Counted from the stretch's first letter, positions 18,152 through 28,374 are shown. The stretch is 64,000 nt of DNA from Armatimonadota bacterium (GCA_037443365.1 JBBIOM010000002.1:32001-96000), one strand, 5' to 3'. Made by a program: numbers and translations. Notes: generated by a model not told the origin, from the letters alone.

Positions 18152-20159
18152 GGCTCATTCCCCAAACGGCGGGCCGCGAGTCGGGGTCTACATCTGCCAC
18201 TGCGGCAGGAACATCGCCGGTATGATCGACGTGCAGCGTCTGACCGACTACGCGGCCACGCTGCCCGGTGTCGTGGTCGCGCGGGACTACAAGTACATGT
18301 GCTCAGATCCCGGCCAGCTGCTCATCCAGAAGGACATCGCGGAGCACAAGCTGGACCGGATCGTTGTGGCGGCCTGCTCGCCGCTGCTCCACGAGCACAC
18401 GTTCCGCGGCGCCACGGAGGCCGGGGGCATCAACCCGTTCTACTTCCAGATGGTGAGCCTCCGGGAGCACGCCTCCTGGGTGCACACCGATGCCGAGGAG
18501 GCGACGCGTAAGGGCCAGGATCTGGTCCGCGCCGCCGTCTGGCGGGTCATCTACCACGAGCCGCTGGAGCGGCGCCGCGTCCCGGTGAAGCCGGCTGCGC
18601 TGGTCCTCGGAGGCGGGATCGCCGGCATCCACGCGGCGCTCACCATCGCCAACGGCGGCAAGCACGTGTACCTGGTGGAGCGCGAGCCCACGATCGGCGG
18701 GCACATGGCCAAGTTCGACAAGACGTTCCCCACGCTCGACTGCGCCGCGTGCATCCTGACCCCCAAGATGACGGCGGTCAGGGCCCACCCCAACATCACG
18801 CTCTGGACGTACTCCGAGGTGGCGCAGGTTGAGGGGTACGTGGGCAACTACAAGGTCAAGGTCAAGCGCAAGCCGCGCTACATCAATGAGGAGCTGTGCA
18901 TAGGCTGCCAAGAGTGCATCCCCGCGTGCATCTACAAGGAAGCCAAGCACCCGGACGAGTTCAACCTCGGGCTGAGCAAGCGCCGCCCGATCTACATCCC
19001 GTTCCCCCAGGCGGTCCCGCAGATCGTTGTCATCGACCCTGAGACCTGCATCGAGTTCAAGTCGGGCAAGTGCAAGAAGACCTGCGTCGAGGCATGTGGA
19101 GAGCGCAACGCCATAGACTTCAAGCAGACAGAGGTGATCGAGGAGATCGAGGTCGGCGCCATCGTCCTGGCGACGGGGTTCAAGACGTTCGACGCCGGCC
19201 GCGTTCCCTACTACGGCTACGGCACCTACCCCGATGTCTACTCGGCCCTGGAGATCGAGCGCATCGTGAACGCCTCGGGCCCGACCGGGGGCGAGGTCGT
19301 CCTGCGCGACGGCCGAACGCCCGAGCGCGTCGGGATCATCCACTGCGTCGGCTCCCGCGACGAGAACTACAACGTCTACTGCTCCCGCGTGTGCTGCATG
19401 TACTCAATCAAGCTGGCACACTTGATCAAGGAGCGAACGGGGGCCGAGGTCTACAACTTCTACATTGACGTTCGTACCCCCGGGAAGGGGTTTGAGGAGT
19501 TCTACACCAGGACGCTGGCAGAGGGAGTGCACTTCATCCGCGGCAAGGTCGGCCAGGTGTCCGACTGGGCGACCGCGCCCGAGGAGAAGGGCAAGCTTGT
19601 CATACAGGTGGAGGACACGCTGGCCGGCATGATCCGGCGCATCCCGGTGGACATGGTCGTGCTGAGCCCGGGCCTCGACCCGCAGCCGGACGCGCAGGAC
19701 GTGCGAAGGATGTTCAACATCTCCTGCTCGAACGAGGGCTGGTTCCTGGAGAGGCACCCGAAGCTCGCGCCGGTAAACACGTTCACCGACGGTATCTTCC
19801 TGGCCGGCGCGTGCCAGGGCCCCAAGGACATCCCGGACTCCGTGGCCCAGGCCGGCGCGGCCGCGGCCGAGGCGTTTGCGCTCATTGACGCCGGCTACTT
19901 CGAGCTGGAGCCCACGACCGCGTACATCCTGGCCGAGGAGTGCTCGGGCTGCAAGACCTGCGTCCCACTGTGCCCGTACACGGCCATTGCCTTTGATGCC
20001 CAGACCGCCAAGGCGGTGATCAACGAGGCGCTGTGCAAGGGTTGTGGGGTCTGCGTGGCGGCGTGCCCGTCCGGATCCATCCAGCAGCACCTCTTCGATG
20101 ACAGGCAGATATACGCCGAGATACAGGGCGTGCTGGCGGGAGTGACCGCGGCTTCCTGA
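18144..20159 (+). CDS. hdrA: Heterodisulfide reductase subunit A
   Basis: VGVYICHCG, YMCSDPGQ, VAACSP, REHASWVH, GGGIAG, DKTFPTLDCAAC, CVGSRD, YCSRVCC, GACQGPKDI, C-terminal 2x[4Fe-4S]. Confidence 0.97.
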   Translation: MREAHSPNGGPRVGVYICHCGRNIAGMIDVQRLTDYAATLPGVVVARDYKYMCSDPGQLLIQKDIAEHKLDRIVVAACSPLLHEHTFRGATEAGGINPFYFQMVSLREHASWVHTDAEEATRKGQDLVRAAVWRVIYHEPLERRRVPVKPAALVLGGGIAGIHAALTIANGGKHVYLVEREPTIGGHMAKFDKTFPTLDCAACILTPKMTAVRAHPNITLWTYSEVAQVEGYVGNYKVKVKRKPRYINEELCIGCQECIPACIYKEAKHPDEFNLGLSKRRPIYIPFPQAVPQIVVIDPETCIEFKSGKCKKTCVEACGERNAIDFKQTEVIEEIEVGAIVLATGFKTFDAGRVPYYGYGTYPDVYSALEIERIVNASGPTGGEVVLRDGRTPERVGIIHCVGSRDENYNVYCSRVCCMYSIKLAHLIKERTGAEVYNFYIDVRTPGKGFEEFYTRTLAEGVHFIRGKVGQVSDWATAPEEKGKLVIQVEDTLAGMIRRIPVDMVVLSPGLDPQPDAQDVRRMFNISCSNEGWFLERHPKLAPVNTFTDGIFLAGACQGPKDIPDSVAQAGAAAAEAFALIDAGYFELEPTTAYILAEECSGCKTCVPLCPYTAIAFDAQTAKAVINEALCKGCGVCVAACPSGSIQQHLFDDRQIYAEIQGVLAGVTAAS

Positions 20160-20182
20160 GAACGATCCGACCCGCGAGTGAG

Positions 20183-20710
20183 GTGGAGATCCTGATGGAA
20201 GAGCAGAGAGTAGGGACGACGAACGGGCAGGACCCAACGATCGTGGCGTTCTTCTGCACGTGGTGCACCTACACCGCGGCGGACCTGGCCGGCACCTCCC
20301 GCATGAAGTATCCCCCAAACGTCCGGATCATCCGCGTGATGTGCTCGGGGCGGGTGGATCCGCAGTTCGTGGTCGAGGCGTTCGCTCAGGGCGCCGACGG
20401 GGTTCTGATCGGCGGCTGCCACCCCGGAGACTGCCACTACGTGGAGGGCAACTACAAGGCGCTGCGCCGGATAACGCTGCTCCGGCGAGTCCTGCGGGAG
20501 ATGGGGATCGAGGACGAGCGCCTCCGGTTGGAGTGGATCTCCGCCTCGGAGGGCGAGAAGGTGGCCCGTGTGATCCGAGAGATGGTCGAGGAGATGCGCC
20601 GTCTGGGCAGGCTCGACCTGCCCGGGAGGCGGGCACGATGGGACGCAGAGGTCCTGCCCCACGGCGGACCCACCGAGGCCGTAGCGGCCGCACCAATGGG
20701 AGGTGAGTAG
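20183..20710 (+). CDS. mvhD: Methyl-viologen-reducing hydrogenase delta subunit
   Basis: FFCTWCTY..ADLAG, MCSGRVDP, GADGV..GGCHPGDCHY, WISASEG. Start could be ATG 20195. Confidence 0.95.
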   Translation: MEILMEEQRVGTTNGQDPTIVAFFCTWCTYTAADLAGTSRMKYPPNVRIIRVMCSGRVDPQFVVEAFAQGADGVLIGGCHPGDCHYVEGNYKALRRITLLRRVLREMGIEDERLRLEWISASEGEKVARVIREMVEEMRRLGRLDLPGRRARWDAEVLPHGGPTEAVAAAPMGGE

Positions 20711-21710
20711 GATGTCGAGCCCCACGAAGCCGCAGGTCGCCTTCTACTGGTGCGCCGCGTGCGGTGGATGCGAGGAGGCGGTTGTTGACCTGGCCGACGG
20801 CATCCTGGCCGTGGTCGACGCCGTGGACATCATCTTCTGGCCGGTGGCACTCGACTTCAAGCGGAGTGACGTGGAGGCGCGCCCAGATGGATCCATCGCG
20901 GTCGCCTTCGTCAACGGCGCGATCCGCACCTCAGAGCAGGAAGAGATGGCGCATCTGCTGCGGCGCAAGGCCCAGGTCCTGATCGCGTTCGGCGCGTGCT
21001 CCCACCTGGGAGGAATCCCGGGGCTGGCCAACCTCAGCGATCGCGAGGCGATCCTGCGCGGCAGCTACGAAGAGGCGCCGTCCGTCATCAACCCGGAGGG
21101 CACCCGCCCGCAGGAGACCTGGCAGGAGAACGGCCGCATGACGACACTCCCGGCCTTTCGCGAGACCGTGCGCACGCTGGATCAGGTGGTGGATGTCGAC
21201 TACTACATCCCAGGCTGCCCTCCCACCGCGAAGCTCCTCATGGAGGCGGTCGGAGCGATCCTGGCCGGTGCCCTTCCTCCCAAGGGGAGCGTCTTGGCGC
21301 CCGACATCGCGCTGTGCGATCAGTGCCACCTGAAGGCCACCAAGCCCGACCGGCTGCTGCTGGCCAGCTTCAAGCGCCCTCACCAGGTGCTGATCGATCC
21401 TGACACCTGCCTGCTCTCGCAGGGGTTGCTGTGCCTGGGGCCGGCCACGCGCGCAGGATGCGAAGCCCTTTGCCCGAAGGGGAGCATGCCGTGCACCGGC
21501 TGCTTCGGTCCGACGTCGCGCGTGCACGATGTTGGCGCCAAACTCGTCTCCGCGCTAGGCTCTGCCGCGGACGCGAACAGCCCGGAGGCGATCGAGTCCA
21601 TCATTGCCACCATCCCCGATCCGGTGGGCACGTTCTACCGGTACTCGCTTCCTGCCTCACGGCTGCGCCGCAAGGTATCCCTGCCCACCGCGGCAGACGC
21701 GGCGCAATAG
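20703..21710 (+). CDS. mvhG: [NiFe]-hydrogenase group 3c small subunit
   Basis: WCAACGGC, AFGAC..GGIPGLAN, YYIPGCPP, CDQC, CLL..G..CLGPAT..GC...CP, PCTGCFGP. Confidence 0.92.
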   Translation: MSRMSSPTKPQVAFYWCAACGGCEEAVVDLADGILAVVDAVDIIFWPVALDFKRSDVEARPDGSIAVAFVNGAIRTSEQEEMAHLLRRKAQVLIAFGACSHLGGIPGLANLSDREAILRGSYEEAPSVINPEGTRPQETWQENGRMTTLPAFRETVRTLDQVVDVDYYIPGCPPTAKLLMEAVGAILAGALPPKGSVLAPDIALCDQCHLKATKPDRLLLASFKRPHQVLIDPDTCLLSQGLLCLGPATRAGCEALCPKGSMPCTGCFGPTSRVHDVGAKLVSALGSAADANSPEAIESIIATIPDPVGTFYRYSLPASRLRRKVSLPTAADAAQ

Positions 21711-21745
21711 TAGAAGGTCGAGGAGGACGGAGCGCGGACGACGCG

Positions 21746-23740
21746 ATGGCCGGCGCCCTGAGGAGAGTCAGAGGCAGGTACCTGCCCGGGTTTGTCTCGG
21801 CACGCGGGAACGGTGGCAGGGTACCCATAGCCACCAAGCTGATCGCAAGCTACCTGCTCATAATCGGCATCACGGTGATCGTCTTCGCGGTAGTGGGGTC
21901 GCACCTCGTCGGAACGATCATCATGTCTGAGGCGCAGGCAAGCGTTCGCAACAACCTCAACGCGGCTCGCGAGATCCTCTACGGCAGGCTGGGGCACATC
22001 AGCGACACGGTCCGGCTGTCAGCCGAGAGGTTCTTCATGAAGGATGCGCTGCTGTCCGGCGACATCCCCCGGCTCGCCGAGGAACTCGGGAGGGTAGGCC
22101 GGAGGGAACGGCTGGACGTGTTCACGCTCACCGACAGGACCGGCAAGGTCCTGGTGAGGACCGCCCCCACATATGCCGTGGGGGACGACGTGAGCCACTA
22201 CGAGGTTGTGGCAGCCGTCCTGGACGGGGGGGGGCCCGCGGCGGCCGTGACGCTGTTGTCCCCCGCGGATCTCCACAGGGAGTCACCTGCCCTCGCGGAG
22301 CAGGCGCGCTTCAAGATCGTGGAGACGCCTATGGCCGCGCCCCGGGAGGCCGCAGAAGAGGCCAGGGGCATGATGCTGATGGCGGCGTCCCCGGTCGTGG
22401 ACACCCGCGGCGAACTGCTTGGAGTGCTCTACGGCGGCACGTTGCTGAACCGCAACTTCGCGATCGTGGACAAGATCAAGCGGACTGTCTTCCAGGGGAT
22501 GGAGTACAGGGGCGAGGAAATCGGAACCTCGACGATATTCCTGAACGACGTAAGGGTCTCGACCAACGTCATGACCGCCGAAGGCACGCGTGCAGTGGGA
22601 ACGCGGATTGCACAGGACGTCTACGATCAGGTCGTTGTGGCGGGTACCCCCTGGATAGGCCGGGCCTACGTGGTGAACAACTGGTACATCACGGCCTATG
22701 AGCCAATCAAGAGCATAGGCCACAAGATCATAGGGGTTCTCTATGTGGGCGTGCTGGAGCGCAAGTACGTGGATCTCAGGAAGCGGGCGGTGTTCACGCT
22801 CCTGGCGCTGACGCTGGGGGGCGGCCTGCTGTCCATGGGCGTGTCCTACGCCATCTCGCGAAGGGTATCTGAGTCCGTGCGGCAACTCCTCTCGGCATCC
22901 AGGGAGGTGGCCGGCGGCAACCTGAACACGGCCGTCGAGATCACGACGAACGACGAGTTGCAGGAGCTGGCCGACAGCTTCAACACCATGGCCTCTGCAC
23001 TGAGGGAGCGAGACGCCCGACTCAAGGAGTACACGCGAAGGAGGGTCATGGAGTCCGAGCGGCTGGCGATCACGGGGCAACTCGCGGCCGGGGTGGCGCA
23101 CGAGCTGAACAACCCTCTCCAGGGAATCATCGCCTTCTCCAACCTGCTGCTCGAGAGGACTCCCCCCGAGGAGAGACTGCGCGAGACCCTCGCCAAGATC
23201 ATAACCCAGGCGGGGCGGTGCAGGGACATCGTGCGTGGACTGCTGGACTACGCACGGCCGGTCAAGCCTCACAAGCGCCCATCGGACGTCAACTCCATAC
23301 TTCAACAGGGAATCGCGCTTGTCGAGGGGCAGGCGCTGTTCCACAACATCCAGGTCGTCCGGGATCTCCAGGAGGGGTTGCCGCCGGCCGTCGTGGACCC
23401 CGCCCAGATCCAGCAGGTGTTCATGAACATGATCATCAACGCCGCCGAGGCGATGGACGGGGTGGGGCGATTGACGCTCGCTACGCGGGCCGAACCAGAT
23501 GGCAGGCACGTCGAGATCGCGATCGCCGACACCGGACGCGGAATCCGCCCGGAGGACATGGATAGGATATTCGACCCGTTCTTCACCACCAAGGACCAGG
23601 GGCACGGCACAGGACTCGGGCTCGCGATCAGCTTCGGCATCATCAAGGAGCACGGCGGTACGATCCTGGTGGAGAGCGAGGAAGGCAAAGGCACGTCGTT
23701 CATCGTGAGGCTGCCCGTCGGGCCCGCAGGAGAGGCGTAG
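21746..23740 (+). CDS. Membrane sensor histidine kinase (TM-Cache-TM-HAMP-HisKA-HATPase)
   Basis: Two TM helices; Cache-like STIF..DVRVSTNV...G.RAVGT, YITAYEPI; HAMP DEL.ELA.SFN.M; H-box AHELNNPL; NA.EAM, DTG.GI, FDPFFTTK, GTGLGL. Confidence 0.92.
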   Translation: MAGALRRVRGRYLPGFVSARGNGGRVPIATKLIASYLLIIGITVIVFAVVGSHLVGTIIMSEAQASVRNNLNAAREILYGRLGHISDTVRLSAERFFMKDALLSGDIPRLAEELGRVGRRERLDVFTLTDRTGKVLVRTAPTYAVGDDVSHYEVVAAVLDGGGPAAAVTLLSPADLHRESPALAEQARFKIVETPMAAPREAAEEARGMMLMAASPVVDTRGELLGVLYGGTLLNRNFAIVDKIKRTVFQGMEYRGEEIGTSTIFLNDVRVSTNVMTAEGTRAVGTRIAQDVYDQVVVAGTPWIGRAYVVNNWYITAYEPIKSIGHKIIGVLYVGVLERKYVDLRKRAVFTLLALTLGGGLLSMGVSYAISRRVSESVRQLLSASREVAGGNLNTAVEITTNDELQELADSFNTMASALRERDARLKEYTRRRVMESERLAITGQLAAGVAHELNNPLQGIIAFSNLLLERTPPEERLRETLAKIITQAGRCRDIVRGLLDYARPVKPHKRPSDVNSILQQGIALVEGQALFHNIQVVRDLQEGLPPAVVDPAQIQQVFMNMIINAAEAMDGVGRLTLATRAEPDGRHVEIAIADTGRGIRPEDMDRIFDPFFTTKDQGHGTGLGLAISFGIIKEHGGTILVESEEGKGTSFIVRLPVGPAGEA

Positions 23741-23743
23741 CAG

Positions 23744-24904
23744 GTGGAGATCAGGCCCAGGATACTCATCATAGACGACGAGGAGATCGTGCTGGACTCG
23801 TGCTGCCAGATCCTCGAGGGCTCCGGGTACGCCACCAAGACGGCGACGGATGGGGCTGCCGGCTTGCGGCAGGTGGCGGAGTTCCGCCCCGACCTCGTCT
23901 TCGTGGACCTCAAGATGCCCGGGATCTCGGGGTTTGAGGTGCTCGAGAGAATCCGGGCCCTCGACCCCTCGATTGTGGCAATCGTGATCACCGGCTACGC
24001 CACACTGGCCTCGGCCGTGGAGGCGATGCAGAAGGGCGCCTACGACTTCCTCCCCAAGCCCTTCACCCCTGACGAGTTCCGACTGATCACGCGCAGGGGG
24101 ATTGAGAAGCGGGAACTCGTCCTCGAGACGATCGCGCTCAGGCGCGAGAAGGAGTTGCTGCAGGAGAACTTCGCCGCCATCGTCTCGCATGAGCTCAAGT
24201 CGCCGCTCAACGCGGTCCAGCAGAACCTGATCCGGCTCGTGCAGGAACTGTCGGGCAAGGCCAGCGATGAACAGATGGCCCGACTTGAGAGAATGAAGCA
24301 GAGGATCAACGATCTCCTCAAGATGATCCATACATGGCTCAGGGCGATCTCCAGCGACATCGGGAGCATCAAAGAGAGCTTCGGCCCGACCTCAGTGAGC
24401 ACGGTGGTCTCCAGGGCTGTCGAGAACGTTCACCCCTATGCCGTACGGAAGGACATCGAGATCGGGGTCTCAGTTGATGAGCCGCTCGATCCGGTGCACG
24501 GGGATGAGGGCACGCTTGTCGAGGCACTGGTCAACCTGCTTGGCAACGCGATAAGATACTCGCGTTCGGGCAGCAGCGTTCAGGTTCACGCCGAGCAGCG
24601 GTCCGGTCAGATACTGATCTCGGTCCGGGACCAGGGGGTAGGCATAGCCGAGGACGAGCTGCCGTACATCTTCGGCAACTTCTACAGGGGCCGCGGGACA
24701 GGGGATGAGGCAGGGGCCGGACTGGGTCTTGCCATCACCCGGCGCATCGTCGAGGCCCACGGAGGCACGATTGGCGCGACAAGCAAGCTGGGTGAGGGCA
24801 GCACGTTCGTGATCACCCTGCCGGCGGGGAGCCCAGGAACGGGAACGCACCATACTCCGGAGGCCGGCGGACCGGAGAATCCGCAAGGGGGACACCTGAC
24901 ATGA
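23744..24904 (+). CDS. Hybrid receiver-histidine kinase (REC-HisKA-HATPase)
   Basis: ILIIDDE, DLKMPG, ITGY, DFLPKP; SHELKSPL; NAIRYS, DQGVGI, GLGLAI. Confidence 0.92.
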   Translation: MEIRPRILIIDDEEIVLDSCCQILEGSGYATKTATDGAAGLRQVAEFRPDLVFVDLKMPGISGFEVLERIRALDPSIVAIVITGYATLASAVEAMQKGAYDFLPKPFTPDEFRLITRRGIEKRELVLETIALRREKELLQENFAAIVSHELKSPLNAVQQNLIRLVQELSGKASDEQMARLERMKQRINDLLKMIHTWLRAISSDIGSIKESFGPTSVSTVVSRAVENVHPYAVRKDIEIGVSVDEPLDPVHGDEGTLVEALVNLLGNAIRYSRSGSSVQVHAEQRSGQILISVRDQGVGIAEDELPYIFGNFYRGRGTGDEAGAGLGLAITRRIVEAHGGTIGATSKLGEGSTFVITLPAGSPGTGTHHTPEAGGPENPQGGHLT

Positions 24905-25323
24905 GCCAAGCAACTCGGTTGCTGATCATTGACGACGATCCCGACTTCGTGGATGGGATCAAGTCCATTCTAGAGGGCGCGGGCTATCAGGTTGACGCGG
25001 CCTACAACCCCAGGGCCGGCCTCGAGGCGCTCAAGACCAAGCCCTACGACCTGTTGCTGCTGGACATAATGATGGGGCGGGGCGCAGAGGGGATCATGGT
25101 TGCCCGCAAGCTGCGGAAGGACCCGGTCCTGAACCAGATCCCGGTGCTCATAATCACGGGATTGCGCGAGCAGATTGCCTTCCTCTTCCCAGGCCAGCCC
25201 ATCCACCCCCACCTCCTGCCCGTGGACGAGCTGGTCGAGAAGCCTGTGGAACCGCAGCTCCTGCTGGAGAAGGTAAGCGGCCTGCTCGAGCTCGCGGCGA
25301 AGCGCAAGGCAGAGAAGAAGTAG
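24901..25323 (+). CDS. Stand-alone response regulator (REC only)
   Basis: LLIIDDD, LLDIMM, IITG, EKP; no output domain. Confidence 0.9.
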   Translation: MSQATRLLIIDDDPDFVDGIKSILEGAGYQVDAAYNPRAGLEALKTKPYDLLLLDIMMGRGAEGIMVARKLRKDPVLNQIPVLIITGLREQIAFLFPGQPIHPHLLPVDELVEKPVEPQLLLEKVSGLLELAAKRKAEKK

Positions 25324-25339
25324 CATAGGGAGAAACTCG

Positions 25340-25903
25340 ATGCCAGCGAAACTAACGTTCTCGAACGAGATCGTCAATCTCCTGTACAGCGCCGAGACGA
25401 ACCCGGTGCAGAGCTGCATACAGTGCGGCACCTGCTCCTCCACCTGTCCGGTAGCCGGCTTCATGGATCACTCGCCGCGCAACATCATTGCCCTCATCCG
25501 GGCCGACCTCAGGCAGCCCGTGCTCTCGAGCAACGCCTTCTGGTACTGCGCCTCGTGCTACCAGTGCACCGTGAGGTGCCCGGCGGGCATTGACATTGCG
25601 GGCATGATGTACGGCCTCAAGCGCTACTCGATGTGGAGAGCCAGCATCAGGAAGGGCACGATCGGGGCGGACTTCTCGAGGCGGTTCGCCAGGATGATTC
25701 TGAGGAACGGGAAGTCCTTCGAGCCCGCGCTTGCCACGCCGTACCTGTTCCGCTACGGCCTGAGGGACTTCCTCTACGATGCCCGCAACGCCCTGGCCCT
25801 CTTCAGGAAGGGGAGGCTGCCTCTCTTTCCCAAAAGGCTCAAGCGGGCGGCCAGGTTCCGAAGGATCCTCAGCCGGATCATCCCGATGGGGAGGGCGGCA
25901 TGA
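25340..25903 (+). CDS. hdrC: Heterodisulfide reductase subunit C
   Basis: CIQCGTCSSTCP, WYCASCYQCTVRCP. Confidence 0.9.
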   Translation: MPAKLTFSNEIVNLLYSAETNPVQSCIQCGTCSSTCPVAGFMDHSPRNIIALIRADLRQPVLSSNAFWYCASCYQCTVRCPAGIDIAGMMYGLKRYSMWRASIRKGTIGADFSRRFARMILRNGKSFEPALATPYLFRYGLRDFLYDARNALALFRKGRLPLFPKRLKRAARFRRILSRIIPMGRAA

Positions 25904-26766
25904 AGGCCTACAGTTACTACCCAGGTTGCTCGCTCGAGAAGATGGCCGCGTCCTACCACGTCTCCACCATGGAGGTTGCAGAGCGGCTCGGACTGGAGTT
26001 CAGGGAGTTGGACGACTGGAACTGCTGCGGCGCCACCGCGTACTTTCACGTCGACGAGCTTCTCGCGCACACACTGTCCGCCCGCAATCTGGCCATAGCG
26101 GAGAAGGCGGGCCTCGATATCGTAGCGCCCTGCAGCGGGTGCTACAAGAACATGTACTTCACCAACGTGCACCTCAAGGAAGATCCTGACCTCGCGGAGC
26201 ACATCAACTACGCCCTGCAGGCCGACGACCTGGAGTTCTCCGGAAGTATCCGGGTGCGGCACCTGATCGAGGTCTTCGTACAGGATGTGGGACTGGAAGA
26301 GATACGGAAGCAGGTCACCAATCCGCTGAACGGCCTTCGCGTGGCGCCCTACTACGGGTGCCAAGTGGTCCGACCGCAGAAGGACCGGGAGGACGTGGAG
26401 CATCCCAGGTTCTTCGAGGATCTGCTCTCCGCCGCGGGCGCCACTCCCATAGACTACCCGCTGAAGCTGCGGTGCTGCGGCGGCTCCCTGATCGTGACCA
26501 GCCGAAAGGCGGCGCTGACCATGGTGCGCGACCTGCTCGAGAACGCGGTGGATCGCGGCGCCGAGGTGGTAGCCACCACCTGCCCGCTCTGCCAGCTCAA
26601 CCTCGAGTGCTATCAGCGCCACGTGAACAGCGAGTTCGGCACCAATCTGTCCATACCGATCCTGTACTTCACGCAGTTGCTCGGGCTTGCTATGGGCGTC
26701 CCCGCGAAGCGGCTGGGCATAGGTACGGAGCTGGTGGTGCCCTCATTCGCCGCTGCGCGTTCCTAG
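25900..26766 (+). CDS. hdrB: Heterodisulfide reductase subunit B
   Basis: YYPGCSL, DWNCCGA, PCSGC, YYGC, CCGG, CPLCQLNL, YFTQL. ATG 25900 overlaps the hdrC stop. Confidence 0.95.
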   Translation: MKAYSYYPGCSLEKMAASYHVSTMEVAERLGLEFRELDDWNCCGATAYFHVDELLAHTLSARNLAIAEKAGLDIVAPCSGCYKNMYFTNVHLKEDPDLAEHINYALQADDLEFSGSIRVRHLIEVFVQDVGLEEIRKQVTNPLNGLRVAPYYGCQVVRPQKDREDVEHPRFFEDLLSAAGATPIDYPLKLRCCGGSLIVTSRKAALTMVRDLLENAVDRGAEVVATTCPLCQLNLECYQRHVNSEFGTNLSIPILYFTQLLGLAMGVPAKRLGIGTELVVPSFAAARS

Positions 26767-26832
26767 GACAAGGGCGACGGGGTGACTTCGGCAACAGAAG
26801 CAGCACAGATGCCGCGAGAAAGGACCCGGTGA

Positions 26833-28374
26833 GTGAAGATGACCAAGAAGATCTCAGAGGCCGCACAGCAGGCATGGGAAGCGGGCAAGGAGCGTGCAGA
26901 CCAGGCCTACAGCCAGCGACGCCGGGTGGTGATCGACCCGATCACGCGCCTGGAAGGGCACGGCAAGATAGACATCTTCCTGGACGAGGCAGGAGAGGTG
27001 GAGCGCGCCTACTTCCAGGTGCCGGAGCTGCGGGGATTTGAGACCTTCAGCCGCGGCCGCCCCGCGGAGGACATGCCTCAGATCACCTCGCGCATATGCG
27101 GGGTCTGCCCGCTCGCTCATCACATGGCATCGGCCAAGGCGCTGGACGACCTCTACAAGGTGGATCCCCCGCCGGCGGCCAAGAAGATCCGCGAACTCGA
27201 CTACTCGCTCTTCATGGTCGAGGACCACGCGCTGCACTTCTACTTCCTGGGCGGCCCGGACTTCGTGGTAGGCCCCACCGCGCCCAAGGCGCAGCGCAAC
27301 GTGCTGGGGGTCATCGGCGCCGTCGGGGTCGAGGTCGGCAAGCAGGTCATCGCGATGCGCCGTGCGCTGCGCGATCTGGAAACCTACCTGGGAGGCAAGA
27401 CCATCCACCCGGTGATGGGGCTCCCCGGCGGCGTGGCCAAGGGCATCGCCCCCGATGACCTCCCCCGCTTCAAGGAGGTGGCGGCCAACGCGGTGGAGTT
27501 CGCCAAGTTCACGCTCGACGTGTTCCGCAAGGTGGTGCTGGCGAACCCCGACTACGTCCGCCTGATCACATCCGACGCCTATACCCACCGTACCTACTAC
27601 ATGGGCATGGTGGACTCCAACAACAGGGTCAACTTCTATGACGGGCTGATTCGAGTGGTGGACCCGTCCGGGAAGGAGTACGCGAAGTTCAAGCCGCAGG
27701 ACTACCTGGACTACGTCGCGGAGCAGGTGGAGCCGTGGAGCTACATCAAGTTCTGCTACCTCAAGCCGGTTGGGTGGAAGGGCTTCGCCGACGGCCCGGA
27801 CAGCGGCGTCTACGCGGTGGCACCCCTGGCGCGCCTCAACGCCGCCGACGGCATGACGACGCCGCTGGCGCAGCAGGCCTACGAGGAGTTCTACGCCACG
27901 CTGGGCGGGAAGCCGGTGCACCACACCCTGGCCAACCACTGGGCCCGGGTGATCGAACTGCTCTACGCCGCCGAGCGCCTTGTGGAGCTTACCAATGACC
28001 CCGAGATCACGAGCACAGAACTGCGCGTGCTGCCCACAAGGGAACCATCGGTTGGCGTCGGTGTTGTGGAGGCGCCCCGGGGCACGCTGATCCACCACTA
28101 CGAGACGGACAAGCAGGGGCTCATAACCAGGGCCAACCTGATTGTCGCCACGCAGAACAACGCGGCGCGCATCGCGATGTCCGTGGACAGCGCCGCCAAG
28201 GGGGTCATCCACAAGGGCCAGGTGGACGACGGCCTCCTCAACATGGTCGAGATGGCCTTCCGTGCCTACGACCCCTGCCATGGATGCGGTACGCACTCCC
28301 TGCCTGGGGAGATGCCGCTCGTGGCATCGATCTACAACAGCGACGGAGAGCTCGTGCGTCAGATAAGGCGATGA
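26833..28374 (+). CDS. mvhA: [NiFe]-hydrogenase group 3c large subunit
   Basis: IDPITRLEGHG, ELRGFE, L1 RICGVCP, EAPRGTL.HHY, L2 RAYDPCHGCGTH followed by a cleavable C-terminal tail; all ligands are Cys. Confidence 0.95.
   Translation: MKMTKKISEAAQQAWEAGKERADQAYSQRRRVVIDPITRLEGHGKIDIFLDEAGEVERAYFQVPELRGFETFSRGRPAEDMPQITSRICGVCPLAHHMASAKALDDLYKVDPPPAAKKIRELDYSLFMVEDHALHFYFLGGPDFVVGPTAPKAQRNVLGVIGAVGVEVGKQVIAMRRALRDLETYLGGKTIHPVMGLPGGVAKGIAPDDLPRFKEVAANAVEFAKFTLDVFRKVVLANPDYVRLITSDAYTHRTYYMGMVDSNNRVNFYDGLIRVVDPSGKEYAKFKPQDYLDYVAEQVEPWSYIKFCYLKPVGWKGFADGPDSGVYAVAPLARLNAADGMTTPLAQQAYEEFYATLGGKPVHHTLANHWARVIELLYAAERLVELTNDPEITSTELRVLPTREPSVGVGVVEAPRGTLIHHYETDKQGLITRANLIVATQNNAARIAMSVDSAAKGVIHKGQVDDGLLNMVEMAFRAYDPCHGCGTHSLPGEMPLVASIYNSDGELVRQIRR

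Noticed and set aside
22283-24331. 682-aa minus-strand ORF
   Set aside because: Antisense shadow of two clear kinases; no motifs; typical of high-GC DNA.
26854-28296. 480-aa minus-strand ORF
   Set aside because: Antisense shadow of mvhA.
18144-28374. Methanogen or sulfate-reducer interpretation of Hdr/Mvh
   Set aside because: No mcr, mtr, apr, dsr or sat genes in the window; the THF-based methyl branch, acsE/acsV and the downstream SECIS are bacterial acetogen-type.
26833-28374. [NiFeSe] hydrogenase or Sec in HdrA/MvhD
   Set aside because: All relevant ligand codons are Cys and the ORFs are uninterrupted.
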